A DNA stretch of 63,975 nucleotides, filler included, from Octopus bimaculoides (Eukaryota): the NCBI RefSeq assembly GCF_001194135.2. It is 6 parts of 6 records of this genome, joined end to end, with 100 filler letters (N's around TTAATTAATTAA, not from the genome) between each part and the next. Parts side by side here need not be neighbours in the genome. Positions count along the whole stretch, not along the records: positions 31,213 to 60,825 come from NC_068995.1; 5 more parts are not named here. The stretch is one strand, 5' to 3'. Shown one piece after another: positions 47,679 through 60,925 of this stretch (position 1 is its first letter; each line of letters starts with the position of its first letter). The position numbers and the translations under genes were made by a program. The notes under the pieces are model-generated. The model was not told where the DNA came from. It worked only from the letters and a program-made list of their open reading frames with translations, and did not search any database.

Positions 47679-49689
47679 GATGAAAGTATATAGTATTAGA
47701 AATAATATTAACAAAAATGTTAGCCACTAAACTCTATTCAAAAATAAAAGGAAGAATATGAACCTTTCTATTAGTGACAAACTACATNNNNNNNNNNNNN
47801 NNNNNNNNNNNNNNNNNNNNNNNNNNNNNNNNNNNNNNNNNNNNNNNNNNNNNNNNNNNNNNNNNNNNNNNNNNNNNNNNNNNNNNNNNNNNNNNNNNNN
47901 NNNNNNNNNNNNNNNNNNNNNNNNNNNNNNNNNNNNNNNNNNNNNNNNNNNNNNNNNNNNNNNNNNNNNNNNNNNNNNNNNNNNNNNNNNNNNNNNNNNN
48001 NNNNNNNNNNNNNNNNNNNNNNNNNNNNNNNNNNNNNNNNNNNNNNNNNNNNNNNNNNNNNNNNNNNNNNNNNTTTGTCTCCAGAAAAAGAAATATTGCC
48101 TACAGATTTTACAAATTCTCCAACAAAGATGTATTAGAATAAGTGATTCAGGTGAGTTTAGTTGATATTTAAATTTTAAATGCTAAAGATTAGCAGCTAG
48201 AGTAACTGTTGTAAGCAAACCAGTTATGGTACCAGTGTTACAATATCTGTTTAATGCATGAAAAATTATATTATATTAAAGCTGTTTACATCCATCTATT
48301 GAAGACAATATGAAAAAATGTGAACTTACACACTTAGACAACCAAATTTTTTTGATTCCATATTTAAATCGAAAATAATAAAAGAATTAAAAAAATGAAA
48401 GCAATACAACATTCTCTCAAAATATGTGGCTATTATTTTAATAGCACTGTCACCACTGAGTTTCCATGTCCATTATTCCATGCTTGCATGAGGAAAACTG
48501 CCAATACTCACCAGTTTTCAAACAAGATAATAATCCCCAACAACAAACAGCCCAGACACAGCTATATGGAAAACTGAAAACAAATCAAGAAACCCAGGAA
48601 TGTTTCCACAATATGCTGCAAACAAAAGATACCATCTGTATGATGGCTTTTGTTTACAATCAGTGAACACACTTGAAAATGAGGGGAAATATAAACTCAT
48701 TTACACACACATATACATACATGTGTTTAAGTGATCCATCAGGGACAGTTGCAGGGGTGTTCAAAATATCTCATGATGTAGAATACAAGATTACCATCAG
48801 AATAGTTAACAAAGCTATACAAGAAGGTGATCCCATGATAGGCATAGCAACATCATTGTTAGTGTAGCGTGCAGCCATTCATGTAGCGTGACGCCAATTC
48901 ATAACAGCCAGCAGCTGATTGTAGCATGCAGCCATTCATGTAGCATGGCGCAAATTCATAACAGCCGGCAATATGATGTAATGTTCTATTGCCGAGAAAA
49001 TATGATTGTCGTTTTCCCATTGGTTGAAATAACTGCTCATATTTGAATTCTGAAAATTAGTAAAAGAATATTTTTATGCAATTTCAATTCTTAAATGTCA
49101 AGTTGAGCAGTTATAAAAACCCTGGATTTTGGGGAAAACTTTAGTGTCTGTGATTGTCTAAATGAATCCTCGTCACCCAAATCCAGAGTAATGACTGTTA
49201 CTATGAGAAATACTCTTTAAAAGTCCAACACCTATTTTGATTGTCGTGTTTCATTGGTTAAGCCTAAGAATTAGCTAGAAAAATAATATACACCTAAATG
49301 TATATAAATAAACTATGTAAAATGATATCTCATCTTTCTTCAATTCTTCCTAACCTGTTTAACATATTTAATTCTGTTTAATAATCTGTAATGTTTTTTT
49401 ATAGCGGTAGGTAATAAGGACACGATTTTCAACATACATTTTCATAAGACATATAGGTGTACATTAGTGTCTGTACAAGACTTACGCTAACATGATGTAC
49501 ATTTTAACTTGGGAGATAATACTTATTGATATCCTTTACAAGTTAAGGGACGGCTTTATCAATATCAACTTCCACTCAAGACAATATAAATATACACTCG
49601 TAAATGAGTGTAAAATAAGCAGCCTTAAAATAATGATTATTTCAACTACTATAACTGTTGCAGAAAAACTAGTGACTACCAATAAAACC

Positions 49690-50860
49690 ATTATATTAGC
49701 AATGAAGGCAATAGAGATACTTTAAAGAGATGAAATTATAGAGGAATAACTATTCAATCAGGTTATGCAGATCAGAAAGATATTCATAGCACAACTGATC
49801 CATGATATAGTAAAGTGACATGAGATGCAATTTGGCTTTTTGCCTGGAAGAGGTACACAGGTTTAATCTTGCTAGTGAAACAACTGCAAGAGAAATACTT
49901 GGTTTAGAGTAAACCACTATTCTTTGCATTCATTGACAGGGTGCCACATTCAGTTATTTGGTGGTCTCTAAGAAAACTAAGCTAAATGAATGGCTTGTGC
50001 AGGCTGTATAAGCTTTGTACCAAGACATAGTAAGTGCAAGTGAACAATGAATTCATTTTTGATGATAGGAGTCCACCATGATTCAGTCCTCAATCTTCTA
50101 TTCATCTTAGTTCTACACACCATCACAGAGGTGTTTCAAATTGGATGTCCACAGAAACTCCTCAATGTTGATGATCTAGTTCTCATAGCTGAATCCATTG
50201 TAGAATTAGAAAGGAAATCCCAAACATGGAAGCTGAACCTAGCATTGAGATATTTCAAAATAAACTTAGCAAACATTAAGGTTTTAGTAAGCAAGGAAAA
50301 AGTCAGGATCCTGGTATCTTCAGGGAAATGGCTTTGCTTAATAAGCAGAAAAGGGATGGGTATTAACTCTATATATTGTACTCATTGTAAGCTATGGACA
50401 CACAAGAGGTATAGTGGAATTACAGTATGTGACACATACAGGAGCAATACATACTATGAGCATGAGAGAAATATTTTCTCTTAAAAGCTAAATGGCGAAC
50501 TAAAAGTTGTCAACAGTTTTTGTTACCTAAAAAATGTAATTGGCAGGGAAGGTGGTTGTTCCAAAAGTATATCAACCAAGGTAAGAACAAGTTAGAAAAG
50601 TTCAGGAAGCTACAACTGCTGCTGGTAACAAAAGTCTTTTCCATCAGAGTGAAGGGCAGATTGTAAGATGCTTGTGTTAAAAATGCAAAGTTGCAGGGCA
50701 GTGAGATATGAGCCTTGAATACCTAGATATACAATGTAAGTGTGCTTGAACGACAAAGTACAAAATGTATTGAGAGAAAAATTAGGAATCAGATGTAGTG
50801 TACAAAAAGACTGTGCTGGTATGAACATGTGATGCATATGAATGAAGACAATCTATCATA
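49690..50860 (+). mobile_element. Older, decayed copy of the PHD-containing RTE LINE
   Basis: GVHHDSVLNLLFI..GCPQKLLNVDDL..KWLCLISRKGMGINSIYCTHCKLWTHKRYSG is collinear with 41800-42800. Confidence 0.8.
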
Positions 50861-51299
50861 ATAATGAGCTTGTTTGTAAGTTTGCCCAAAATCACGCAAT
50901 AAAGGAGTAGAAGAGCTAAGTAAGAGCAAAAAAAAAGACAAGACAAAATGGTAATAACAATGAGAGAGGGAGTGGTATGAAACAGCACCTCACGCTCTCT
51001 CTCTCTCTCTCACTTTATTGGTGAACGCTGCCTCTCTCTTTCTCTATCTATCTAAAAACGCACACACGCACTCTCTCTCTCTCTCTCTATCTATCTACAT
51101 ATGCAGATACACACACACACACACACTCACTCTCTCTACAACATTTTCATTTTTATTTGAGGAATGCTGATGTTTTTTTTCTTCTTTTTCTGGTAAACAT
51201 TAATAACAATATATTAAAAAAAAGCAAATAATTGGACCTCAAAATTATCATTTCTGTATCTCTATGGATGTTTGACTATTCTGGAAGATTTTTCTGCTC

Positions 51300-53320
51300 A
51301 AAAAGTTGCAAACTTAATAGAATATAAGATAAGTAAATAAGGAGTAATTTTTAAGTCATAAATATTATCTATTGGACCTCTTACCCAATTTCCTCCTGGA
51401 GCCATTCCCCAACACCCAGCATCACAATAACTGTAGTATTCTGCTGCAGTAATTACATGTGAGCAGAACTGCATACTACAACAGTGTTCCCAGATAACAC
51501 TTATCTTTCTTACTACCCAAAACTATTTTACTTGATATCCAACCTTTATTCATTATATTATCCTTCTCCATCCACATTTTACAGTAGTCACTCTCTTGAG
51601 ACACTCTGCTCAACCACTATTCATATTTCACTCTCCTCATATACTACACCTGCCTGACTCTTCACTCTTGCGCAACTTACCAAACCACACGTTATCTCAC
51701 TTTCTCCCATCCTTCCCTTCTCTACTCTACCATTATATTCAACTGCGCTTCATTCTTTTCTGCACTGTCACCTCCTACTCTCCAGCTACCTGCCTCGACT
51801 CATGTATTATTGATAATCCTTATCCCTTATACATTATTAACTATATCCACTACTCAACCCTACCCAATATCAAAGTCATCATCTACTTTTTTTTCTACCT
51901 GCCTTCCAATTTATACTACATCCTTCAATACTTGTTCTTCTGTTCTTCATTATATTCACCCTTCACCTGTTCCCCACTTCTAACCAACTCTCATTTTTCC
52001 CATACACTCTTGCACTTCTACCTACCCACATTTTGTCCTTCTGTCGCACCTCACTTCTATTTATCTGGTACATAGAGTCCAATGACAACTCATCACCACT
52101 ATTTTAATTTCTCATTCCAGCTCCACCCCAGTTACTCCTACCCTCTTATCAAATTCATTTGCAATTTTAATTGCTTCCCCTTTTCTAGATTTTACTGGTA
52201 CTTTTCCTTGAGTGATTGTCAATAATAGAAGGGCACCAACCACACTAAAATAATTTGCTAGTCATCTTAATGCTGAAACCATCATCCTCTTCATTAGCCC
52301 CACCTACAGCCATCATCTTAACAGCACTGACACACCTCCCTTGCTTGTGAACATCTCACATCCTTCAAGTCCTCCCACCCAGCTTTGGAATTCACATTTA
52401 CCATCTCTAAACCCCTCTTAACTTCTTAGATGCCTACATTTTCATTGACCCTGACATTTCTCCAACTCCATCTGTTACAAACCTGCTAACTAACATTTTA
52501 CTTTTTTCCCTACATTAAATCAACTATCTCATATCCTTTCAGAACAATCTTTCCTTTCTTTCAGAGGTGATTGCATCCTACATGATGTATGGTCCACAGT
52601 TCCTTCATTTCGTACAATATCTAATCTGGATCCTCTACATGTTCTCACTCTTAAGTCCATAATAATGCCACTCTGTACAACCCCAGGCCTAAGTTGCTGA
52701 TTAGTTAGTTCACTTGCACTGCCAAGAATGTCACATTAAATACCAACTTTGTGGTTTCTTATATGTAAGTGAAACTAGATAAATGTTTGCTCATTGATTT
52801 AAGCTGCAATTTGCTAGACATGCAAAGCAACAATGAAGGATAACCAAAACTCATTGCATATCACTCCCAGCACCTCAGTCATCTGGTTTCTTCAGGAACG
52901 AAGATTGACCTTCCAGTTAGGGATGGCTTTTCCTGCAGGAACAATATCTGAGTAGTTTTCCTTCGATATCCATCTAACTATTGTCTTCATAAAAGCTTGC
53001 CCAGCCTCACTGCCACCTACTCACACATTCTTTGCTTCTTAATTCTACTACTTATCCACTCCTCCTCTTCCTCATTATCGACTCATAATTTCATGATTGC
53101 TATAGATCACCTCACTGTACATGATTAACTGTCACTCCTCACCTATTTCTGCCAGAAACCACATGTACAGACTTTGCACTTTTGTTCCCATTTTTGTTTA
53201 CCATAACCACTTGATATTACATGTAATCTCATTTATTCCCTAATTCTTTCAAATCTGTTTTTTCTTCATCCTAATAAAGTACTTTATGCTTGAAATGTTG
53301 AAGCTCCTTTCTTTTCCTTG
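51300..53320 (+). mobile_element. Highly decayed Penelope-like element of a second type (RT plus GIY-YIG)
   Basis: SSHPALEFTFTISK..FLD (RT) and FTCTAKNV..LCGFLYVSETR (GIY-YIG, cf. FTCTSxNVxY..C..YxGETxR). A decayed hammerhead-like end lies at ~53270 (CTAATAAAG..TTTATGCTTGAAATG). Confidence 0.6.
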
Positions 53321-54405
53321 CAGTATAATCACTTTCTACTTTTGTTGTGGATGAAAGCTGATGTTGTGTAGCCCTAGGTTAGGTCTAATCAACCAGACCC
53401 ATGTGATGAAGGTAATTAGGCAAAGTAGGTTCAACCCACATAAGTTTTTCTACTTATACCTTGTCTCCACCATGTTGAGAACCATACTGTACACTCTGAT
53501 GAACAGAACTGAATTGCATAAGGTACATGTGATAGTCTGTACATGCTAGTCTCTCTTGCAGATTCTGGTGGTGACCACAGGCAGATGCACAAAACAGACT
53601 AGGTCAGAGAGTGATAGTTTCTATAGTTGATGATGGAGAGCAATATATAAAAATAAAATTATTCCAATAGGTTGTGGACAATCTATGAAATCTTCAAATA
53701 GTGTACTTTAGAACAATTTAGCTAGAAGCAAACAACAAATTTAATGTAACACTGTAAGGTAACAAAATGCTCAGCAATTTTACAGACCTGCCACAGCTTA
53801 CAAAAAATGAGTTGTCATGCTTACTTACAACTAGATGGAGAGAGTACAGACCAAAATGATCTCTAACCTTACTGTCCAATGAACTTAGCCATCTGAAATC
53901 TTAGAATATAAGTTAACTTAGTCAAAATAACAAGCAAATTTCCTCTATCTATAAAGAGATTATAGTTTCCTTCCCAGCAACCCATGACCAACAGATTATA
54001 CTGAGTGGAGTTCTGGATACACAGCACAACTTTCTAATGGCACTTTTATATCAATTGTTTCAATGAGAGATCTTCTGGACATCATTAACTCTTTAGCATT
54101 TAAACCAACCATATCTGACCAAAATATTCTTCCTGTTATATATTCAAAGTGGATAGATCCAGCCTCTCACATCTACCCTACAATGTTAGTCTAAAAAATA
54201 TGCAGTCACTTGATCAAAATTATAAAGCTACAAGATGATACAGGATAAATTCAAAACAATGTGAATAAATAAGCATTACATTTGATAGAATAATCTGAAT
54301 GCTAAAGGGTTAAAGTATTGTGACAGGAGTAATTATTAAATGGAGGAAAAGGTTTCTTCAGGAGCCAACACTGTGGAGAGTAAAAAATATGAAGAATTAA
54401 TTTAC

Positions 54406-54534
54406 CTTCCAGGTAAATTCTTAGCAATTTCAGCCCAACGATTTCCATGAGTTTTATGCAACCGATAAATTATACTGTCTTCTTCTTCAGTCCAAGCAGT
54501 TTTCTTGATAGCAGGATTCAAATGATTGTGCCAC
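54406..54534 (-). CDS. MYB: Myb transcription factor exon: end of R2 and most of R3 DNA-binding repeat
   Basis: tttctag|G TGG CAC...CCT GGA AG|gtaaat, 129 nt, phase 2 to 2. Encodes (R)WHNHLNPAIKKTAWTEEEDSIIYRLHKTHGNRWAEIAKNLPG(R) and splices in frame to 45812. Confidence 0.96.
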
Positions 54535-54572
54535 CTAGAAATAAATATTTTGTCAGAAGTTCAACTCACCTT

Positions 54573-54579
54573 GTTAGTA
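54573..54579 (-). promoter_or_regulatory. Candidate branch point TACTAAC upstream of the Myb R3 exon
   Basis: Perfect TACTAAC on the minus strand; the branch A is about 39 nt upstream of the acceptor at 54535. Confidence 0.5.
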
Positions 54580-54749
54580 TATTTCTAGACAGAATATACA
54601 ATAAATTTCAATTCAGTTGTGTGTACATAAATTTTGTTTATTTACATATTAAACCATTAAGTTTTCATTATAACTTTTGTCATGACAGCTAAAATTTTGT
54701 GCTTTGGATCCGAGTTAATTTATGCAAGGAAGCTGCATTTTATTGATTT

Positions 54750-55926
54750 AAACCCTTTCATTACTAACCCGGCCGTAGCCAGCCGAAAAATTTTTTGGTT
54801 CATAGCTGGCTGAGAGTACCCATTGTTATTTAAATGTAAATTTGAACCCAAATCTCATTAGTACATTCATTAAAACACCTGATTTCACTTTGCAAACAGT
54901 TGAGTTATTGTATCCGACATTGTTTGGCGTGATATTTGAACCCAGTGAATTTTGGAAGATTTTTTTTCCACATTTTTTTGAGCGTTAATTTTTTGAACTT
55001 TGAAGATGGAGAGAAGTTTCATGCTATCAAGCAGTGATTCCGAATTTGAAGGCTTTTCAACAGAAGATATGGAGATATCGAAGAAAAGAATGAATAAGCG
55101 ACAAAAGCACGTGGTGAACGATAATGAATCGGATATTTCTGTATCCAAAACTGAAAGCAGTGATGGCGACAGCAAGGATGATTTTTACACCAGAATGGAG
55201 TAAAGATTTTTTTAATATTTTTATTAACAATTTTTCTGAGGAGACAGGGTCTAGGAAGCGAAACCTTTAGACTTCTTTTTCTTATTTTTTCCAGCATGCT
55301 TGTTTGAAATGATTACTGCGGAAACAAACCGGAAAAAAAGATAGCATGTGAGAGACACTAGCAGTACCCCCAGTACGTGGAGAACCAAGCTTTGATCCCT
55401 TATTTAAAATAAGACCCCTCATCGATTGCGTTCAAAATGCATATAAAACATTTTACAAGCCTGAGAGATACTTATCCGTCGATGAGGGCATGGTGGGGTA
55501 TAAAGGAAGAGTATGCTTCCGACAGTATATGCCAGGAAAGCCAACAAAACGGGGGGTCAAAGTTTGGAAAATTTGTGAGGCAAATACTGGGTACTGCTGT
55601 GGATTTAGCTTTTATACAGGGAAAAGAGACAATAATGTTAGTCAGCATGGCCTAGGGTACAATGTGGTCTCGAATTTATCACGTCCATACCATAACTAGG
55701 GCGGTCAAACTAAAGCATTTGACCCGGTGACAAAAATTTAAAAAATATTAGTCTGATAGGTGTAAAACAACTCGCTGGGAACGAATATGAAGGAAAAAGT
55801 GAACGGGGTGGGTGGGGAGAGTGCTTGGAACATTCACAATGTTCCGAGACACCTCACCGGAGCCAAGAAACAAAAGAAAAATAGTGTAACAGATGTAAAA
55901 CGACTTGCTCTGAAAAAATATCAAGA

Positions 55927-55967
<41 letters not shown>

Positions 55968-56057
55968 ACATTAGTCTAAATTCATGATTATTTTAGAATT
56001 TAATTGAAACTCATGAGGGGTGTATTTTGGTCAGAAATATAGTAACGAAAGAGTTAA
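54750..56057 (+). mobile_element. Internally deleted piggyBac element (PGBD4-like transposase fragments)
   Basis: Ends TTAAACCCTTTCATTACT ... AGTAACGAAAGAGTTAA. Acidic N-terminus (SSSDSEFEGF) and DPLFKIRPLID...YLSVDEGMVGYKGRVCFRQYMPGKPTKRGVKVW..CEANTGY. Confidence 0.88.
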
Positions 56058-56675
56058 TATATTGTTATCATGAACTTTTTACCATACAATTTCAGCTACA
56101 TGAATGAGTTTTTCCTTCTCACTCATGTTTTCTAAAATCATGCACACTGTCAAACTTGGTAGAAAATTCCAAAGACCTATTTGAAGGTTCTTCTCTCCCA
56201 CAATACGTAAAAAAGAACGAAAATACTTTTTGTTGAGTCTGGGAATGAGGGTTCATTATGCCATTAAAATACAAACACTGGTTCTATTTCACTTATTATT
56301 ATTAGTCAAGTAGGTAACCATTTAACTAATTAACTATCGATTGTTTAATAAATTATTTAGTCAATCATTCTGCTAGGTTCATTAGCAATCCTTCATTCCC
56401 AATCAACTTCATCAATGCCATGCCCTCTCTATTCCAAGTTTCTCTTAAGTATGTGTCTCTTTCTTCTAGTTTACAGGTCTTATATTTATAGCAAAGTGAG
56501 AACATCTCAAACTTGAAGCATGCCTGGAGTGGAGAAGTCAGGTCATTCATGAAGTTGCAAATGGCAGCAAAAAGACTTTGATGAACCTAGCTGACTTAGT
56601 GGTGGAAAGATTAATGAAACAATCAGTAAATTAATTGATAAACTGCTAATAAATTGACTCATAATAATATTTCAA

Positions 56676-56745
56676 AAAGGCGGTGCTCCAGCATGGCCAC
56701 AGTCAAATGACTGAAACAAGTAAAAGAGTAAAAGAGTAAAAGAGG
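56676..56745 (+). mobile_element. Isolated SINE family B 3' tail with (GTAAAAGA)n
   Basis: GGCGGTGCTCCAGCATGGCCACAGTCAAATGACTGAAACAAGTAAAAGAGTAAAAGAG. Confidence 0.8.
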
Positions 56746-56827
56746 TAAATCATTAGTTTTAAATCCCTGAACGAGAAGTAAGTAGTAGCAGTACTACAGA
56801 GTAAAATCTATTTGCCAACATAAATTA

Positions 56828-57466
56828 GCAGTCCTGATTAGGATAAAGTTACCTTTTTAAGTCCCAGGAAAATATCTTTTCCAGCTGGCTACTGACACAC
56901 AACTGCGTCCTTGTACCTCAAATAAGGGAACTAATGTCCCTACTCAGCCATAACCCTTTCGTTACTGTATTTATTTTGAGATGCTCTGTGTTTCTTTCAA
57001 TTACTTTATATATAACAAAGAATTTAGTAAAATAACTTAGTTATTATTCAGCTAATGTTAGAAACATAAATTGTGACTAAGGTTTGATGGAAGATTTTAA
57101 TTCAAAACTTATGAAAACAAAACATTTGTACTCAGAGCCAGAGCTGGTTTCAGCTGGGTTGGTAACGAAAGGGTTAAACAGTGCCTGCAGACCATGGTTT
57201 CTAGATCATTTCCCTTCACCGTTGGCTAGAGTTGACAGTATATACCTCAAACAAGGCCTAATGCTGCCATCTCTAGCCAACGGTTATCCTGTGCCAATGA
57301 AGAGAAATAATCCAGAAACCATAGTCTGCAGGTACCACTTGAAGCTGAATGGGGACATTAGCTCTCTTGTTTGAGGTACAAGGATGCAGCTGTGTGTCGG
57401 TAGCCAGCTAGAAAAGATGTTTTCCTGGGTCTAAAAAAAAGTAACACAGTCCTAAACGGGACTGCC
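56828..57466. repeat. ~115-bp inverted repeat pair (56828-56940 and 57352-57466) enclosing a piggyBac MITE
   Basis: GCAGTCC...CCCAGGAAAA.ATCTTTT..AGCTGGCTAC.GACACACA.CTGC.TCCTTGTACCTCAAA...CTAATGTCCC and its reverse complement. Confidence 0.85.
56950..57177. mobile_element. piggyBac-type MITE
   Basis: ATAACCCTTTCGTTAC ... GTAACGAAAGGGTTAA TIRs, the same ends as the 54750-56057 element. Non-coding. Confidence 0.85.
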
Positions 57467-58564
57467 AATTTACATTTGGCAAATAGATTTTACTCAATAA
57501 TATTTCACTTTTATTATAAATGATAAATTGACTAATAATAATAAAGTGAAACCAGAGGGTGTTTGCTACTGGCATAATGACCCTCCCAAGATACAAAAAA
57601 AAATAATAATAACTGTTCCAATATTAAAACTCATATCAAGAATCTAGCAAACCAAATTTCAGAAACAAAGTAGCAAAGTATTAAATACTCTAACACTGAT
57701 GCACTGGATTCTGTACTTTATCGCTCCTAGTGTAAACGACGAATTATCCGGCATTAAAGAAGGCCCGAAGCATGAAATACAGTCTGTTCAAAAAGTCTCT
57801 CCGCAGTGAATTTTTTTTCAACCTGAGTCTTCAAGTGTCAGATTCTCCAAGTTGTATTTCAAAAGATGTGTAGAAGAGTCAACTCATGTATTGAAAATGA
57901 AGGACGACACTTTTAACACCTCTTAGAAGGTTTTTTAAAGTTTTGTAAAGTCTAATATATTTTTTTGTAGTCTTATACCATCTTAGAAATATTTATTTTG
58001 TGATGATGATGATGATGATAATTTTTCCCTGAAGCAGTACCAAGCAGTGGCTCTCATGGCTCCTGATCTCAACAGATTGGAAGTGTTATCTTGCACATTG
58101 TTTTGTCTTAGTATAAAAGATAGGCTACAGTAAATATTGTGCTCAATACCACAGATTTGCTTGTCAGTTGTTTGACCTTAAACAGTCAAGCATGTCCTCT
58201 AGTGGCTGGCGATATGTGCATCTCTGACCACGACCAGGAGTATTGGGGGAGCATCATAGTCATGTGTTGAGAGGAATTCTTTGGGGTTTTGATAATTCAC
58301 TTTTGGAAACATGGGTGTTTCGTTCAACATCCTTAAACAGCCCTTATTCAGGGACTGTTTAAGCGGGATGGGCTACTCGACCTGAAGATAATTCTAACTG
58401 GGACCCACCTGCAAGGTCATGCACTGTTTAGCTTCATATGAGATCACCATGCTGCGCACATATGGGTGTGATGCATGTGCCTGGTGTACCCTTTTCAGAA
58501 GGGTAGTCATGATGGGTATACTGGGCTTTGTATATTTGTACCCCAGTGTCACTTTGATGGGATG

Positions 58565-58600
<36 letters not shown>

Positions 58601-58624
58601 TAATAATAGTCGCAGCAGTAGTAT

Positions 58625-59003
58625 ATATATATCATTGCCGTGGCACTCCGTTGGTTATGACGACAAGGGTTCCAATTGATCTGATCAATGGAACAGCCTG
58701 CTCGACAAATTAACGTGCAAGTGGTTGAGCACTCCACAGACACGTGTACCCTCTACATAGTTCTCAGGGAGATTCAGCATGACACCGAGTGTGACAAGGC
58801 TAGCCCTTTGAAATACGAGTACAACAGAAACAAGAAGAAAGAGAGAAAGTTGTGGTGAAAGAGTACAGCAGGGTTCGCCACCACCCCCTGCCGGAGTCTC
58901 GTGGGGCTTTAGGTGTTTTTGCTCAATAAACACTCACAACACACGGCCTGGGAATCAAAACCACGAGTCCAAGGCCCAAACCACTGGGCCATTGCACCTC
59001 CAC
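58625..59003 (-). mobile_element. tRNA-derived SINE, family C
   Basis: Reverse complement starts GTGGAGGTGCAATGGCCCAGTGGTT...GGTTTTGATTCCCAGG (A/B boxes). Confidence 0.75.
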
Positions 59004-59017
59004 GATATATGTATATG

Positions 59018-59055
<38 letters not shown>

Positions 59056-60925
59056 TACCTACATCTATATGTATACATACATGCATATATGGGTACAGGA
59101 CATCAAAAAAATGTTAAACACAATGAGAAACGAAAAACAAAAACAAAAACGAAAACAGAAAACGAACATTTTTCAAACAACGAAAAAAAAACAGAGAAAC
59201 GAGNNNNNNNNNNNNNNNNNNNNNNNNNNNNNNNNNNNNNNNNNNNNNNNNNNNNNNNNNNNNNNNNNNNNNNNNNNNNNNNNNNNNNNNNNNNNNNNNN
59301 NNNNNNNNNNNNNNNNNNNNNNNNNNNNNNNNNNNNNNNNNNNNNNNNNNNNNNNNNNNNNNNNNNNNNNNNNNNNNNNNNNNNNNNNNNNNNNNNNNNN
59401 NNNNNNNNNNNNNNNNNNNNNNNNNNNNNNNNNNNNNNNNNNNNNNNNNNNNNNNNNNNNNNNNNNNNNNNNNNNNNNNNNNNNNNNNNNNNNNNNNNNN
59501 NNNNNNNNNNNNNNNNNNNNNNNNNNNNNNNNNNNNNNNNNNNNNNNNNNNNNNNNNNNNNNNNNNNNNNNNNNNNNNNNNNNNNNNNNNNNNNNNNNNN
59601 NNNNNNNNNNNNNNNNNNNNNNNNNNNNNNNNNNNNNNNNNNNNNNNNNNNNNNNNNNNNNNNNNNNNNNNNNNNNNNNNNNNNNNNNNNNNNNNNNNNN
59701 NNNNNNNNNNNNNNNNNNNNNNNNNNNNNNNNNNNNNNNNNNNNNNNNNNNNNNNNNNNNNNNNNNNNNNNNNNNNNNNNNNNNNNNNNNNNNNNNNNNN
59801 NNNNTTTTAAATTTTATTATAATAACAATGTGGTATGTGTATGTATGTGGTCAGTCTACCACAGCTGATTGGAAACAGCATAGAGTTGATTGATGAAATT
59901 TCTGCTCTCTCTAAAATCTATGTATAAAATGTAAACAATTTACACCTAATCCTGAGAATTTGACGAAGGAACTTTTGGTGAATGTGTTCAAGGGAGTTTA
60001 TGTTATGGTTGTAAATAATCCGTGTTTCTACTGGATAAAGAAGGGGAAAATGGTACAAATGCACAAAAAATCTAAAGTTTTGTGCTCACTTTAATATGGT
60101 CATTGTATCCACATGAAGCCAAAGAGAACCAAAAGATTCAGCTGCAATTTGCATACAACATGCAATTCCTGTGTTAAGTTCCTTTTGAGTTAACCATGCC
60201 ACTAAGGTGTTTAAAGGAATCAATAACAGCAAACCTTTTATGTTTCACATACATATGAGGAACAATAGGGGACTGCCTTGGTGCAAGTTGATACATTACT
60301 ACAGTTTTGTTAGTATTAACCCTTTCATTACTATATTTCTAATCAAAATACACTCCTTATGTTTCAATTTAATTCTAATATAATCATGAATTTAGACTGG
60401 TTTTATAAAACAACTCTTTTTTTATTGATCAATGTATTAATGGAATTTTATAACACAATTTAACAAAAGGTTCTTAAATCTTTTATATAATTGCTTCAAA
60501 GCGACTCTAATTACAGGTACACACAGGTAAATTCAACTACATACAAAATGATTTCAATTTTCTTTAACCCTTTAGTGTTCAAACCGGCCGTAACCGGCCA
60601 AAATTAATTCCCCTTTATTTGTTCAAACCGGCCGTATCTGGCCATATCCAAAAGCTCTACGAAATCGCTAAAAAAATAAACAAATCACGTTATTGAATTC
60701 TCATAGCTTTAAGATAATGCGAGATGAAGCCTTTCCCGCCTTTATTCAAGTATAAATACTGTGAAATTTTTTAGACCACATGGTTTTTTTTCAACGTTCG
60801 AGAAGTGTTTATCTTAGTTGTGAAANNNNNNNNNNNNNNNNNNNNNNNNNNNNNNNNNNNNNNNNNNNNTTAATTAATTAANNNNNNNNNNNNNNNNNNN
60901 NNNNNNNNNNNNNNNNNNNNNNNNN

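Noticed and set aside
60030-60060. Minus-strand FVPFSPS resembling the Myb C-terminal PFSPSQF motif
   Set aside because: It lies upstream of R3 in gene order, has no splice context, and overlaps an RTE-like fragment (LEHIHQKFLRQILRI).
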